Shown: positions 40,621-50,586 of the stretch, in pieces
Layout of the letters: every line of letters begins with the position of its first letter
How positions within the stretch are numbered: the stretch's first letter is position 1
NCBI GenBank assembly: GCA_963741955.1
Contig: CAVUKB010000005.1
Location: 608,001-672,000 of the forward strand
Reading direction: 5' to 3'
DNA from: an uncultured Acidobacteriota bacterium
GTDB lineage: Bacteria > Acidobacteriota > Thermoanaerobaculia > Gp7-AA8
DNA length: 64,000 nt
Notes under the pieces: generated by a model
Seen by the model: the letters and a program-made list of their open reading frames with translations, nothing else
Told to the model about the DNA's origin: nothing
Database searches by the model: none
Program-made: the position numbers and the translations under genes

Positions 40621-42027
40621 TTAATATGCATTTTCGTGACGGAAGCCGTGCCGGAGCGTCATCACCAGGATCTTCACATCGAGCAGCAGCGACCAGTTCT
40701 CGATGTAATAGAGATCGTGCTCGATCCGCATCCGCACCGACGTGTTCCCCCGCCAGCCGTGGACCTGGGCCCATCCGGTGATTCCCGCGCGCACCTTGTG
40801 CCGGAGCATGTAATGCGGGAACTCGCGCCGGAACTGCGTCACGAACTCCGGCCGCTCGGGACGGGGGCCGACCAGACTCATGTCTCCCCTCACTACGTTC
40901 CACAGCTGCGGCAACTCGTCGAGTGACCACCGCCGGGTCACCCGGCCCACCTTCGTGCAGCGCGGGTCGTCCTTCTCCGCCCACACCGCGCCGCTGATCT
41001 CTTCCGCGTCGACGCGCATCGAGCGGAACTTGATGATCTCGAACGGGACGCCGTCGAGTCCCATCCGCGTCTGGCGGAAGAAGATCGGTCCGCGGTCTTC
41101 GATCCAGACCGCCATCGCGATCACCGCAATCAGCGGTGAGGCGACGATCAGGGCCACTGACGCCATCACCACGTCGAAGATCCGCTTCACGATCCGTCGC
41201 GATCCGTCGAGAGGCGCCTCGGAGAGGTTGATGGTCGGGAGCCCGTCGAGATCCTCGACCCGCGAGCGCAGCACCATGTACTGGAGGAGATCCGGGACCA
41301 CGTGCACCGAGACGTACTCTCGCGAGAGCTCGTCGAGCAGCGCGACCGTCGCAGCCGCCGACTTATGCGGAAGCGCGACATAGACGTGGTCGACGCGATG
41401 TTCCTCGATCACCCCCGGCGCATCGGCGAGCCCTCCGAGTCGCGGAAGCCCGTCGAGTTTCGACTCGGGGTCGTCGGAGACGAATCCGACGATCTGCAGC
41501 CCGAGCTCGCGGTGCGAAGCGATCCGATCGAAGACCGCGAGCGCGAGCTCGCCGCTCCCGGCGATCAGCACGCGGTCCAGACCATGACCGGCCCGGAAGC
41601 GCTTCTCGACCAGCAGCCGCACCATGGTCCGGCCGGTCATCAGCAGAACGACGGCACAGACGCTGAAGATCCCGAGCGTCGCACGCGAGTACGGCACGTC
41701 CGGGTTGCCCGGCCGGATCCAGAGAAGGACGCCCGACAGGAGCAGCGTGCCGAGTCCCGTTCCGACCGCGACTTCGAGAAGCTCCTCGGCGGGGCGCCGG
41801 GTCGGCCGCATCCGATAGAGACCTTCCAGCGCGAAGACGAGGGGAAACAGAATCGTGACCAGAGGCAGAAGATGCGTGTAGACGGTCATCTCCTGCGGAC
41901 CGCGGGTCACCGGGATGACCTCGACCGTGAAGCGGAGGACGTACGCGGCGAGCATCGCGAGATTCACCGCGATGACGTCGATGGCGAGATACGCCGTCGC
42001 CAGCGCCTTGTGCTTTCGCTCGATCAT
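40621..42027 (-). CDS. Undecaprenyl-phosphate glucose phosphotransferase (WcaJ family)
   Basis: KRIFD, KFRSM, SLDELPQL, GDMSLVGPRPERP and GITGWAQV motifs. Confidence 0.94.
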   Translation of the reverse strand: MIERKHKALATAYLAIDVIAVNLAMLAAYVLRFTVEVIPVTRGPQEMTVYTHLLPLVTILFPLVFALEGLYRMRPTRRPAEELLEVAVGTGLGTLLLSGVLLWIRPGNPDVPYSRATLGIFSVCAVVLLMTGRTMVRLLVEKRFRAGHGLDRVLIAGSGELALAVFDRIASHRELGLQIVGFVSDDPESKLDGLPRLGGLADAPGVIEEHRVDHVYVALPHKSAAATVALLDELSREYVSVHVVPDLLQYMVLRSRVEDLDGLPTINLSEAPLDGSRRIVKRIFDVVMASVALIVASPLIAVIAMAVWIEDRGPIFFRQTRMGLDGVPFEIIKFRSMRVDAEEISGAVWAEKDDPRCTKVGRVTRRWSLDELPQLWNVVRGDMSLVGPRPERPEFVTQFRREFPHYMLRHKVRAGITGWAQVHGWRGNTSVRMRIEHDLYYIENWSLLLDVKILVMTLRHGFRHENAY

Positions 42028-43133
42028 CTCTTCAGGAGCCCCTCACGCTCGAGCAGTTCGACGAATTCCCTCCGGAAACGGTTCCGGCTGAATTCGGCGG
42101 CCCTCCGTCTCAGCCGCTCGCGATCCCATACCGTCCGGTCCAGCCGGTCGAGCGCGCCGGCGAGCGACGCGACGTCCGGCCGATCGAAGAATACTCCCGT
42201 CTCGCCGTCGATCACGGATTCGGTGACGCCTCCCTCGCCGAATGCGACCACCGGCGTGCCGCAGGCCATCGCTTCGAGCGGAGTGATCCCGAAATCCTCG
42301 ACTCCGGGAAGGATCAGAGAGCGCGCGCGGGTGAGGTGGTCGATGAGCGTCTCTCGCGGCACGGCGCCGAGGAATCGGACCGTGTCGCTCCCCTTCCGCC
42401 GGAGGTCCGGAAGCATCGGCCCCTCGCCGATCACGACGAGACCGCGGCCCAGAGTGGACGCCGTCTCGACTGCGAGCTCGATTTTCTTGTACGGCACGAG
42501 GGCCGAGACGACGAGGTCGAACTCATCGCGGGGACGGTCGATCGGAGAATCGAAAAACTCATCGTCGACGAACGGGTGAATCACGTCCGCGTCGCGATGG
42601 TAGATGCGCGCGATGCGATCACGGACGAACCCCGAATTCGCCACGAAGAGATCGGGGCGCGACGCGGTCCGGACGTCCCACGGCCGCAGCACCTTCGCCA
42701 CCACGTATGCAGCGGCCCGGAGCAGCGGTCTCCGCCGCGGGAAGTAATCGTCGAAGCGGTCCCAGATGTAGCGCATCGGCGTGTGGCAGTAGCAGACGTG
42801 AGGGATGCCGTTCCCCTTCACACTCTTCGCCACACAGTGACTCGACGAGACGATCAGGTCGAATCCGCCGAGGTCCCAGCCGCGGATTCCGAGAGGAAAG
42901 AGCGGAAGGAGACGGCGGTAGTCGCCGGACGACGCGATGCGCTGGAGGAACGAAGTGTGGATCGGGTGCGCTTCGATCGCAGGAGAGACCCGTCCCTCAA
43001 AATGAAAAAGGGTGAAGACCTCCGAACGTGGAAAGATCTCGAGAATCTCCTGCAGGACGTTCTCCCCTCCTCGCATTCCGGTCAGCCAGTCGTGGACGAC
43101 CGCGACGCGGAGCTCCGCCGGATCGCGACTCAC
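42024..43133 (-). CDS. GT4 glycosyltransferase
   Basis: VHDWLTGMRGGE, YCHTPMRY and EDFGITPLEAMACG motifs; GTG start overlaps the upstream stop. Confidence 0.92.
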   Translation of the reverse strand: MSRDPAELRVAVVHDWLTGMRGGENVLQEILEIFPRSEVFTLFHFEGRVSPAIEAHPIHTSFLQRIASSGDYRRLLPLFPLGIRGWDLGGFDLIVSSSHCVAKSVKGNGIPHVCYCHTPMRYIWDRFDDYFPRRRPLLRAAAYVVAKVLRPWDVRTASRPDLFVANSGFVRDRIARIYHRDADVIHPFVDDEFFDSPIDRPRDEFDLVVSALVPYKKIELAVETASTLGRGLVVIGEGPMLPDLRRKGSDTVRFLGAVPRETLIDHLTRARSLILPGVEDFGITPLEAMACGTPVVAFGEGGVTESVIDGETGVFFDRPDVASLAGALDRLDRTVWDRERLRRRAAEFSRNRFRREFVELLEREGLLKR

Positions 43134-43339
43134 TTCGCGCCGGTCCCGCCGGACCGTTCGGGCTGCGGCAGATCGCATGGAGTGGAAGAGAGGGGAAAGT
43201 GGCCGGCCTTCTCCGCGCATCCGTTGCAGAGAAAGTCGTTCGCGAAATACTCCTCCCCGGGCACCTCCTGCAGGCAGGAGATACAGTGGTGGCGCCCCGT
43301 CCGTTCGGGCAGCTGCCTCGAGATCTCGCGTTCCGTCAT
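43130..43339 (-). CDS. Small CxxC-x16-CxxC protein (69 aa)
   Basis: HHCISC...FLCNGC; GTGA overlap with GT4. Confidence 0.6.
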   Translation of the reverse strand: MTEREISRQLPERTGRHHCISCLQEVPGEEYFANDFLCNGCAEKAGHFPLSSTPCDLPQPERSGGTGAK

Positions 43340-43444
43340 CCGGCGTCTTTTCTAACACGACCCGACAGAAGTACGGAAGCGGGGCCGGATCCGTTGGGGG
43401 CCGGGTGTCGGGGGCCAGGATCGGGGTCGGAGGGAGCGGAGACA

Positions 43445-43531
43445 GACCGAAAGACCGAAAGACCGGGAGACCGGGAGACCGGGAGACCGGGAGACCGGGA
43501 GACCGGGAGACCGGGAGACCGGAGACCGGAG
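43445..43531. repeat. Octamer tandem repeat GACCGGGA/GACCGAAA
   Basis: About 11 units, the last two shortened to 7-mers. Confidence 0.9.
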
Positions 43532-43661
43532 AATAATATTCTGCAAATCGTTGAAAACGATGAATATTATTCTGAAATCATTCCACTTTTGCGAACAATA
43601 TTCGCACCAGGCTCAGAGATCTGCGGTGAACCCCCTGACCCCCAGCTGCCCCTTCCCCACG

Positions 43662-44906
43662 CTACTTCGGCGCGTCCGCCAGCGTCTTCGCGGACGGCTT
43701 CAGCCCGGCGGTCGTGTTGTAGACCATCTGCACCTTTCCGAGACTGATCTGGTCGTTGTTCTTCAGCTCGACCCGGGTGATCCGTTCGCCGTTCACGTAC
43801 GACCCGTTGCGGCTGTTCGTATCCTCGAGCACGTATCCCCCGTCGGAGCGGACCAGGCGCGCGTGCATGCTGGAGACGCTGCTGTCCTTGATCCGGATCT
43901 CCGCCGCCGGATCGCGTCCGAGCTTGTATTCCTGATCGATCAGCGGAAACGTGGTCCGGTTCTCGTCGTGGAGGATCAGGCACGCGGGGGCAAGCGGCAG
44001 ACCTCCGATGATCGTCTCCGCCGAGGAAGACTCCATCGGCATCGGCGGGGGTGGCGCGTGAAGCTGGGGCGACTGCCCCTTCACCGTCTCGTCACCCGCG
44101 GGCTGCGCCGCGGCGGCCGGCTCCTCCGGAACGGACTTCTCAGGCGCGGGCTCCGGCTGCGGAGCTTCCGCCTCGATCGGAGCATCAGTGACCGTCGAGA
44201 CGCTCACCTCTTCGAGGAGTGCGTTCTTTCGCAGCGAATCGAGCGTGTGGTACAGCTCGATCGGGTCGCGCTCCAGAATCCGGACCAGCCGCGAGAGCGA
44301 CGTCTTGCCGTCGATCTTGAACAATACCCGGAACTCATCCGCGGTGAGGGTGATCTTCTCGCTCTCCGGATCGCCGACGACCCGGAAAACCACCTCCGGA
44401 TCGGGGAAGAGCTTCTGGCACTTCTCCCACTCCGCGATCCGTTTCGATCCCTCCGCGATCAGCCCGTCCACTTTCAGAGCGACGGGCTGCGTCCCTTCGG
44501 GGAGCTCGATCTCCCCGCTGAATTCGAAGAGCCCTCGCTCCCACATCAACGCGTCGTAGACGACCTCGGATGCGAGGACCTCCCCGAATTCCTTCAGCGC
44601 CTCCGCGGAAAATGTCTTCGCTTTCAGAAGATCGTCCGCCCACCCTTCGGCGTTGCGGTTCATCGCCGCTTCGAGCTTCTGACGGCTTTCGCGATCGATC
44701 TTCTTCCGGCGGGTCAGCACCGTCGGGAGCTGCATCGTCTCCTGCCCCGACCGGGCCCGGACCACGGCGCCCGAGTCGAGACAGATCTCGGATTCATTCA
44801 TCTCGTGCATCAGTCGGAGGGTTCCGGTCCGCGATCCTCCGGAGAGGAACAGGAGGATCTCCTTTAGACGGAACGCCCCCAGGTCGCCCTGAAGTTGAGT
44901 TGTCAT
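43662..44906 (-). CDS. DUF4388 (PatA_N-like) + C-terminal FHA domain protein
   Basis: LQGDLGAFRLKEIL...WERGLFEF; LGRD...VSSMHA...DTNSRNGSYVNG. Confidence 0.88.
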   Translation of the reverse strand: MTTQLQGDLGAFRLKEILLFLSGGSRTGTLRLMHEMNESEICLDSGAVVRARSGQETMQLPTVLTRRKKIDRESRQKLEAAMNRNAEGWADDLLKAKTFSAEALKEFGEVLASEVVYDALMWERGLFEFSGEIELPEGTQPVALKVDGLIAEGSKRIAEWEKCQKLFPDPEVVFRVVGDPESEKITLTADEFRVLFKIDGKTSLSRLVRILERDPIELYHTLDSLRKNALLEEVSVSTVTDAPIEAEAPQPEPAPEKSVPEEPAAAAQPAGDETVKGQSPQLHAPPPPMPMESSSAETIIGGLPLAPACLILHDENRTTFPLIDQEYKLGRDPAAEIRIKDSSVSSMHARLVRSDGGYVLEDTNSRNGSYVNGERITRVELKNNDQISLGKVQMVYNTTAGLKPSAKTLADAPK

Positions 44907-45163
44907 GATCTGCTGATGTTAGCGGATTTTCGAGCGGTGGGTCACGGGAAACCGAATAGACGGGGGAAGAAGTTTGCCGGCCCCGGCAGCGATCTCGTTG
45001 GAAGGCGAGGTGACGCAGGCAAAGCGCCGGGACCGGCTGGAGCTTTCTTGCTCCCTGCACAGAAGTGATCCTGCCCGCCCGGAAAATACAGGACGAGCCC
45101 GGTGTTTGCGCGCCCGATCGGCGCCCGTGATAGTAGCGAGCGGCGAGAGATCTTGAATGTATA

Positions 45164-45221
45164 CCCGGATCATTCCCGGGACTTCTCCTGCGGGGCGACG
45201 AGATCTCGTGAATAATCCGGG
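45164..45221. repeat. 58-bp MITE-like element with IS1380-like ends
   Basis: CCCGGATCATTCCCGGGA ... TCTCGTGAATAATCCGGG (15/18 inverted match). Confidence 0.6.
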
Positions 45222-45262
45222 TTAAACTTCAGCCCGCACTACTCAGAGGAGGTCTCTTCGAC

Positions 45263-47236
45263 ATGCCGCGACTCAGCCGTTCTTCAGCAGCCTGGTTCGT
45301 CACGCTCGCAACCGCCGCCCTTCTTTCGATCCCCGCGCTCGCACAGAGCAGGAAATCCGTCACCGGGACGAAAGCGCCGGCAACCTACTCCGCTCTTCCG
45401 AGCGAGACTCCTGCGAAGCTCGAACCGGTGACGGACTTCCTCGACTACGTCCGCCGCGAAGCGATGATTCCGATGCGCGACGGAGTGAAGCTCCACACCG
45501 TCATCCTCGTGCCGAAGGGTGCGAAGAACGCTCCGATCCTCCTCACCCGCACTCCGTACGACGCAGACGGGCTCACCAGCCACGCGAGCAGCGCGCATCT
45601 CGCATCGATCCTCCAGGGCTACGACAACGCCACCGACGTGATCGTCGAAGACGGCTACATCCGCGTGGTCCAGGACGTGCGCGGAAAGTACGGCTCCGAG
45701 GGGGATTACGTGATGAACCGGCCGCTGCACGGGCCGCAGAACCCCACCCCGGTCGACAACTCGACCGACACCTGGGACACCATCGACTGGCTGGTGAAGA
45801 ACGTCCCGGAGACGAACGGCAAGGTCGGAATTCTCGGCATCTCCTACGACGGCTTTCTTCCGCTGATGGCGCTGGTCAATCCTCATCCGGCTTTGAAGGT
45901 CGCCGTTCCGATGAACCCGATGGTCGATGGATGGATGGGCGACGACTGGTTCCACAACGGCGCCTTCCGTCAGATCAACCTCCCGTACATCTACCAGCAG
46001 GAGGCGTCGCGCAAAGGCGACGCGAAGTGGTACTCGACGCACTTCGACGAATACGAGACGTACCTGCAGGCCGGATCGGCCGGAGCACTCGGGCACAGCC
46101 GCGGCGTCGAGCAGGTCGGCTTCTGGCGGAAGATCCTCGCCCACCCTTCCTACGACGCGTTCTGGCGCGATCAGGCGGTCGACAAGGTGCTCGCGAAGGA
46201 GCCGCTCAAAGTCCCGACCATGCTCGTCGCGGGACTGTGGGATCAGGAGGACATCTACGGTGCGCTCGCCGTGTACAAGGCGATCGAGCCGAAGGACACC
46301 CGTAACGACATGGTGTACCTGACCCTCGGACCGTGGTACCACGGCCAGGAGATCCACGAGGGAAGCTCCCTCGGCGCGGTGCAGTTCGAAAGCGATACCG
46401 CTCTCTACTTCCGGCAGCACATCCTCCGTCCGTTCCTCGCCCACTATCTGATGGATTCCGCGCCGGCGATGAAGGTCGCACCGGTCAATGCATTCGAGAC
46501 CGGCACGAACCATTGGGAACAACTGCAGACATGGCCCTCCGGCTGCGAGAGCGGCTGCCGCATCGTGCCGGCGCCCCTCTATCTGGAGTCCGGACTGAAG
46601 GTCGGATTCACTCCCCCCACGGCGCAGAGCGGGCAGTTCGACCAGTACGTCTCGGATCCGTCGAAACCCATCCCGTACGTGCAGCGTCCGATCCACAACA
46701 GCGGCGAACAGTGGAGGACCTGGCTGGTCAGCGACCAGCGGCAGGCTTCGGGACGCACGGACGTTCTCGCCTTCGTCTCCGATCCGCTCACTGCGCCGGT
46801 GACCATCGCCGGAGAGCCGGTGGCGAACCTCGTCGCCTCGACCAGCGGCACCGACTCGGATTGGGTGGTGAAGCTCATCGACGTCTATCCCGACGAAGTC
46901 GCGTCGCAGCCCGAGATGGGCGGGTACCAGCTGATGGTCTCGGCCGACATCTTCCGCGGCCGCTACCGCGAGAGTCTCGAAACGCCGAAACCGATCGCGT
47001 CGAACGAGCCGCTGTTGTATCGCTTTGCGCTTCCGGCCGCGAACCACGTCTTTCTTCCGGGGCACCGGATCATGGTCCAGGTGCAGTCGAGCTGGTTCCC
47101 TCTCTACGACCGGAACCCGCAGACGTTCGTCCCGAGCATCTTCGAAGCGAAGCCGTCCGATTATCAGAAGGCGACGCAAAAGGTCTGGCACTCGCCGGAG
47201 CATGCGAGCTTCATCGAGCTTCCTCTGGTGAAGTAA
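45263..47236 (+). CDS. CocE/NonD-family hydrolase (alpha-amino acid ester hydrolase-like), secreted
   Basis: MRDGVKL, RTPY, DVRGKYGSEG and GISYDG nucleophile motifs; signal peptide. Confidence 0.93.
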   Translation: MPRLSRSSAAWFVTLATAALLSIPALAQSRKSVTGTKAPATYSALPSETPAKLEPVTDFLDYVRREAMIPMRDGVKLHTVILVPKGAKNAPILLTRTPYDADGLTSHASSAHLASILQGYDNATDVIVEDGYIRVVQDVRGKYGSEGDYVMNRPLHGPQNPTPVDNSTDTWDTIDWLVKNVPETNGKVGILGISYDGFLPLMALVNPHPALKVAVPMNPMVDGWMGDDWFHNGAFRQINLPYIYQQEASRKGDAKWYSTHFDEYETYLQAGSAGALGHSRGVEQVGFWRKILAHPSYDAFWRDQAVDKVLAKEPLKVPTMLVAGLWDQEDIYGALAVYKAIEPKDTRNDMVYLTLGPWYHGQEIHEGSSLGAVQFESDTALYFRQHILRPFLAHYLMDSAPAMKVAPVNAFETGTNHWEQLQTWPSGCESGCRIVPAPLYLESGLKVGFTPPTAQSGQFDQYVSDPSKPIPYVQRPIHNSGEQWRTWLVSDQRQASGRTDVLAFVSDPLTAPVTIAGEPVANLVASTSGTDSDWVVKLIDVYPDEVASQPEMGGYQLMVSADIFRGRYRESLETPKPIASNEPLLYRFALPAANHVFLPGHRIMVQVQSSWFPLYDRNPQTFVPSIFEAKPSDYQKATQKVWHSPEHASFIELPLVK

Positions 47237-47353
47237 GGGAGGGAGGATCACGGGTCGGGGTCCGCTGCGGACTGGGAGGGGGATCATCGCTCTCCTTGAT
47301 CGTCCGCAGAAACGGAATAGAGACGCGATGAGGAAACCTTCTGGCTATCCAGG

Positions 47354-48640
47354 GTGGCAGATCTCGGATGGCAGTACCTCACGGCCGCAGACAAGCGCCT
47401 GATTCTGCGGGGCATCCGCGACGGACGAGCCTACGGCGGTCCGTTCCACGCGGAGATCCATCCCGCCGACCGGTGCAATCTCGACTGCTTCTTCTGTTCG
47501 ACGGCGACGTTGCGCGGAACCGACGAGATCTCTCCCCCGTCGTTTTCACGCCTTCTCACGGAGCTCAAGGATGGAGGGACGCGGTCTCTCCGCCTCTCCG
47601 GCGGTGGCGAGCCGCTCTTTCACCGGAACATCAACGCCGTCTTTTCGCAGATCATCGAATCGGGACTCCCGATCGAAAATCTCACCACGAACGCCGTTCT
47701 CCTTCGGGATCGGGTTCTCGACGCCGTGATGGAGTGCTGCGACCTGGTGACGGTGAGTCTGAATACCGCCGACCCTTCCGGCTACGCTTCGATGATGCGC
47801 TCGACCGAACGGAACTTCGATCGCGTGGTGGCGAACGTTCGCGAACTGAAGCGCCGCTCCCGTTCGAGACGTACCGCGCCACGGGTGAACCTCCAGTTTC
47901 TCGTCTGGAAGGGCAACTACGAGACGATTCCGAAGATGTACGAGCTCGCGAGAGAGCTCGAGGTCGACACGATTCAGTTCAATGGACTGGCGTTCCTCCG
48001 TCCCGAGGAACGGATGACACCGGAAGAGACGGAGAGGATGCTGGGGCTGTACGAAGATCTCGTTCGCCGCGACGAGTGGCGGCGGATCACCGGAATCTCG
48101 AGCTTCGAACAGGACCTCACTCCGTGGTTCGAGAGTATGTCCGGGCGTCTCGCGCGTGAGCGCGCAGAGGGCGGACTCGGCGCACGGGTCCGGCGGTATC
48201 TCACCCGCTCCGACTTTCCGCTGCGGGAGAGAGTCCGTCACTCGGTACGGATGCGCGCGATGCGACGCCGCGACCGGCAACTGGCCGATACCTCGCTCTA
48301 CTGCCTGGTGGCGTGGCATTCACTGGTGATTCGGACGACCGGCACGGTCGCTCCCTGCTGCATCCTCCAGGGGACCAGCATGGACGAGTGGACGAAGTCG
48401 AGCATCCACGATGTCTGGCACGGGCCACAGTACCAGCGCCTGCGGCAGGAGCTCTCCCGGATCATGCGCGAAGGCGAATCGTGGGAAGCCCGTCCTGCCG
48501 GTGAAGAGCTGGTCTCCGAAGGATGCCTTCCGGCCGCCTGTCCGATGAGCACTTTCTACTTCCAGTCCGACGTCCGCTTCGCTCGTGCGTTTTCGCACCT
48601 GGTGGAAGAGAGCCGGAACACGGCGTCGCCTCACTCTTGA
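47354..48640 (+). CDS. Radical SAM protein with SPASM/twitch-like C-terminus
   Basis: CNLDCFFC, SGGGEP, TTN; C-terminal CLVAW...GTVAPCC...C...C. Confidence 0.9.
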   Translation: MADLGWQYLTAADKRLILRGIRDGRAYGGPFHAEIHPADRCNLDCFFCSTATLRGTDEISPPSFSRLLTELKDGGTRSLRLSGGGEPLFHRNINAVFSQIIESGLPIENLTTNAVLLRDRVLDAVMECCDLVTVSLNTADPSGYASMMRSTERNFDRVVANVRELKRRSRSRRTAPRVNLQFLVWKGNYETIPKMYELARELEVDTIQFNGLAFLRPEERMTPEETERMLGLYEDLVRRDEWRRITGISSFEQDLTPWFESMSGRLARERAEGGLGARVRRYLTRSDFPLRERVRHSVRMRAMRRRDRQLADTSLYCLVAWHSLVIRTTGTVAPCCILQGTSMDEWTKSSIHDVWHGPQYQRLRQELSRIMREGESWEARPAGEELVSEGCLPAACPMSTFYFQSDVRFARAFSHLVEESRNTASPHS

Positions 48641-48646
48641 CTCGCG

Positions 48647-49122
48647 CGGGGTGCGACGAATTGATCGCGTTCCTCTCTTTCACCGGCTAATCTCCATTGC
48701 CCCTTCGGGGCAGGAGGACGACTTGAATTCGCTCTCGCCATTCGTTTGGTCAAAGGTGGCCGTCGCCCGCCCGTGGCGCCTGAATTCTGAACTCAGAATT
48801 CTGCATTCTGCATTCTGCATTCGTCGGGCTCGGCCGCATCACGTCACTCCTCAAAGCGAAACTCCGGCACCCCTTCGGGGTGCGACGAATCATCGCGCTC
48901 CTCTCTTTCCGGTGGCGGCCGCTTCGCGGCAGCCACCGGCTAATCTCCATTGCCCCTTCGGGGCAGGGGGACGATTTGAATTCGCTCTCGCCATTCGAAT
49001 GCAAGAATGCAAAATTTTGAGTCGAGAAACGACACCTGCCCTTCTCTCATTCTCAATTCTGCATTCTGCATTCTGCATTCTGCATTCGTCGGGCTCGGCC
49101 GCATCACGTCACTCCTCAAAGC
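48647..49122. repeat. Two-copy intergenic duplication with REP-like hairpins and (TTCTGCA)n
   Basis: GGGGTGCGACGAAT...CACCGGCTAATCTCCATTGCCCCTTCGGGGCAGG...TCGCCATTCG and TTCTGCATTCGTCGGGCTCGGCCGCATCACGTCACTCCTCAAAGC each occur twice. Confidence 0.85.
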
Positions 49123-49161
49123 TTGTGCGCAATGCCCCCGACCCCCGACCCCTGACCCCCG

Positions 49162-50505
49162 TTACCTCGTCACCTTCCCGCTCTTCACGACATCGCTGTA
49201 GAACCGCGCGCTCTTCTTCGGCGTGCGCTTCTGCGTCGCGAAGTCGACGTGGACGATTCCGAAGCGCTTGCTGAAACCGAGACTCCATTCGAGGTTGTCG
49301 AGGAGAGACCAGACGAAGTAGCCCCGCACGTCGACTCCCGCCTCGATCGCGCGCGCCACGGCGAAGAGGTGCTCGCGCAGGTAGTACACGCGAATCGGAT
49401 CGTCGATGACTCCGTCGATTGCGGAGGGAGGATCGAAGAGCGACGCGCCGTTCTCGGTGATGTAGACCGGTGTCGCTCCGTAGCGATCGCGGAACCAGAC
49501 CAGGATGTCGGTCAGCCCCCGGGGATAGAACTCCCATCCGGTCTCGGAGTAGATCGCGGCCGGATTTCGTACCCGGCTCGCGCGCTCGACGATCTTCGAC
49601 GGATCGTTCTTCGTCAATCCACGGGTGTAGTAGTTGATCCCCACGAAATCGAGGGGTTGGCGGATCGTGTCGAAGTCGGCAGCGGGAAACGAGGGCCACG
49701 CCTCTCCGAACATCTCGCTCATCTCGTCGGGGTAGCGTCCGAGAAACGCGGGATCGAGGTACTGCCGGTTCATGTACGCGTCGGCACGGCGGGTCGCAGT
49801 GCGGTCCTCCTCCGAGTCGGAGGCGGGATACTTCGGCTCGAGGTTGACCACCAGACCGACCTCGTGTTTTCCGACCGCGCGGTACGCCGCAACCGCCTTC
49901 CCATGAGCGCGCATCAGGTTGTGCGATGCGATCGGCGCTTCGAACAGATTCGCGTGGCCGGGAGCGAGCGCTCCGTGGAGATAGCCCCCGTCGCTGACGA
50001 CCCACGGCTCGTTCAGCGTCGCCCAGAGGTCGATCCGGTCGTCGAGCGCGCGGTACGCCGTCGTCGCGTAGTCCGCGAACCACTCCGCGACGTCGCGATT
50101 GAGCCACCCTCCCTTGTCGTCGAGGGCTGCCGGAAGGTCCCAGTGATAAAGCGTCGCCATGGGGCGGATTCCGTTTTCACGGAGTGCATCGACGAGCCGG
50201 CGGTAGAAGTCGAGACCCTTCTGGTTCACCGCTCCCTTCCCCTCGGGGAGGATGCGGCTCCACGAGATGCTGAAGCGGTATGCGCCGAGGCCGAGCTCGT
50301 GCATGAGAGCCACGTCTTCCGCATAACGGCGATAGTGATCGCACGCCACGTCTCCCGTGTCGCCGTTCGCAGTCCGGCCGGGGGTGTGGGTGAACCTCTG
50401 CCATATGCTCGGGCCCGCTCCGTCGGCCAGCGGCGATCCTTCGATCTGGTACGCGCTCGTCGCGGCTCCCCAGAGGAATCCGGAAGGAAAACTCGCCTCA
50501 CTCAT
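49162..50505 (-). CDS. GH1 beta-glucosidase
   Basis: FLWGAATSAYQIEG, TLNEP and ITENG motifs. Confidence 0.96.
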   Translation of the reverse strand: MSEASFPSGFLWGAATSAYQIEGSPLADGAGPSIWQRFTHTPGRTANGDTGDVACDHYRRYAEDVALMHELGLGAYRFSISWSRILPEGKGAVNQKGLDFYRRLVDALRENGIRPMATLYHWDLPAALDDKGGWLNRDVAEWFADYATTAYRALDDRIDLWATLNEPWVVSDGGYLHGALAPGHANLFEAPIASHNLMRAHGKAVAAYRAVGKHEVGLVVNLEPKYPASDSEEDRTATRRADAYMNRQYLDPAFLGRYPDEMSEMFGEAWPSFPAADFDTIRQPLDFVGINYYTRGLTKNDPSKIVERASRVRNPAAIYSETGWEFYPRGLTDILVWFRDRYGATPVYITENGASLFDPPSAIDGVIDDPIRVYYLREHLFAVARAIEAGVDVRGYFVWSLLDNLEWSLGFSKRFGIVHVDFATQKRTPKKSARFYSDVVKSGKVTR

Positions 50506-50529
50506 CGATTCCTCCTCGCTCGACGTGGT

Positions 50530-50583
50530 TTGACATCGCGATCGTAGTGCAGTAGTTTACCCCAAAATGTAACCGGTTACATT
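50530..50583 (+). promoter_or_regulatory. Sigma70 promoter plus LacI-type operator
   Basis: TTGACA (50530)-N17-TAGTTT (50553); perfect 18-bp palindrome AATGTAACCGGTTACATT (50566-50583). Confidence 0.85.
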
Positions 50584-50586
50584 GCG

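Noticed and set aside
39016-40984. ORFs with IEDRGSR/STIHDPR repeats (also 32243-34363)
   Set aside because: They are translations of heptamer DNA repeats or antisense to real genes.
47237-47353. RiPP precursor for the radical SAM enzyme
   Set aside because: No credible short ORF with an RBS or leader/core features is nearby.
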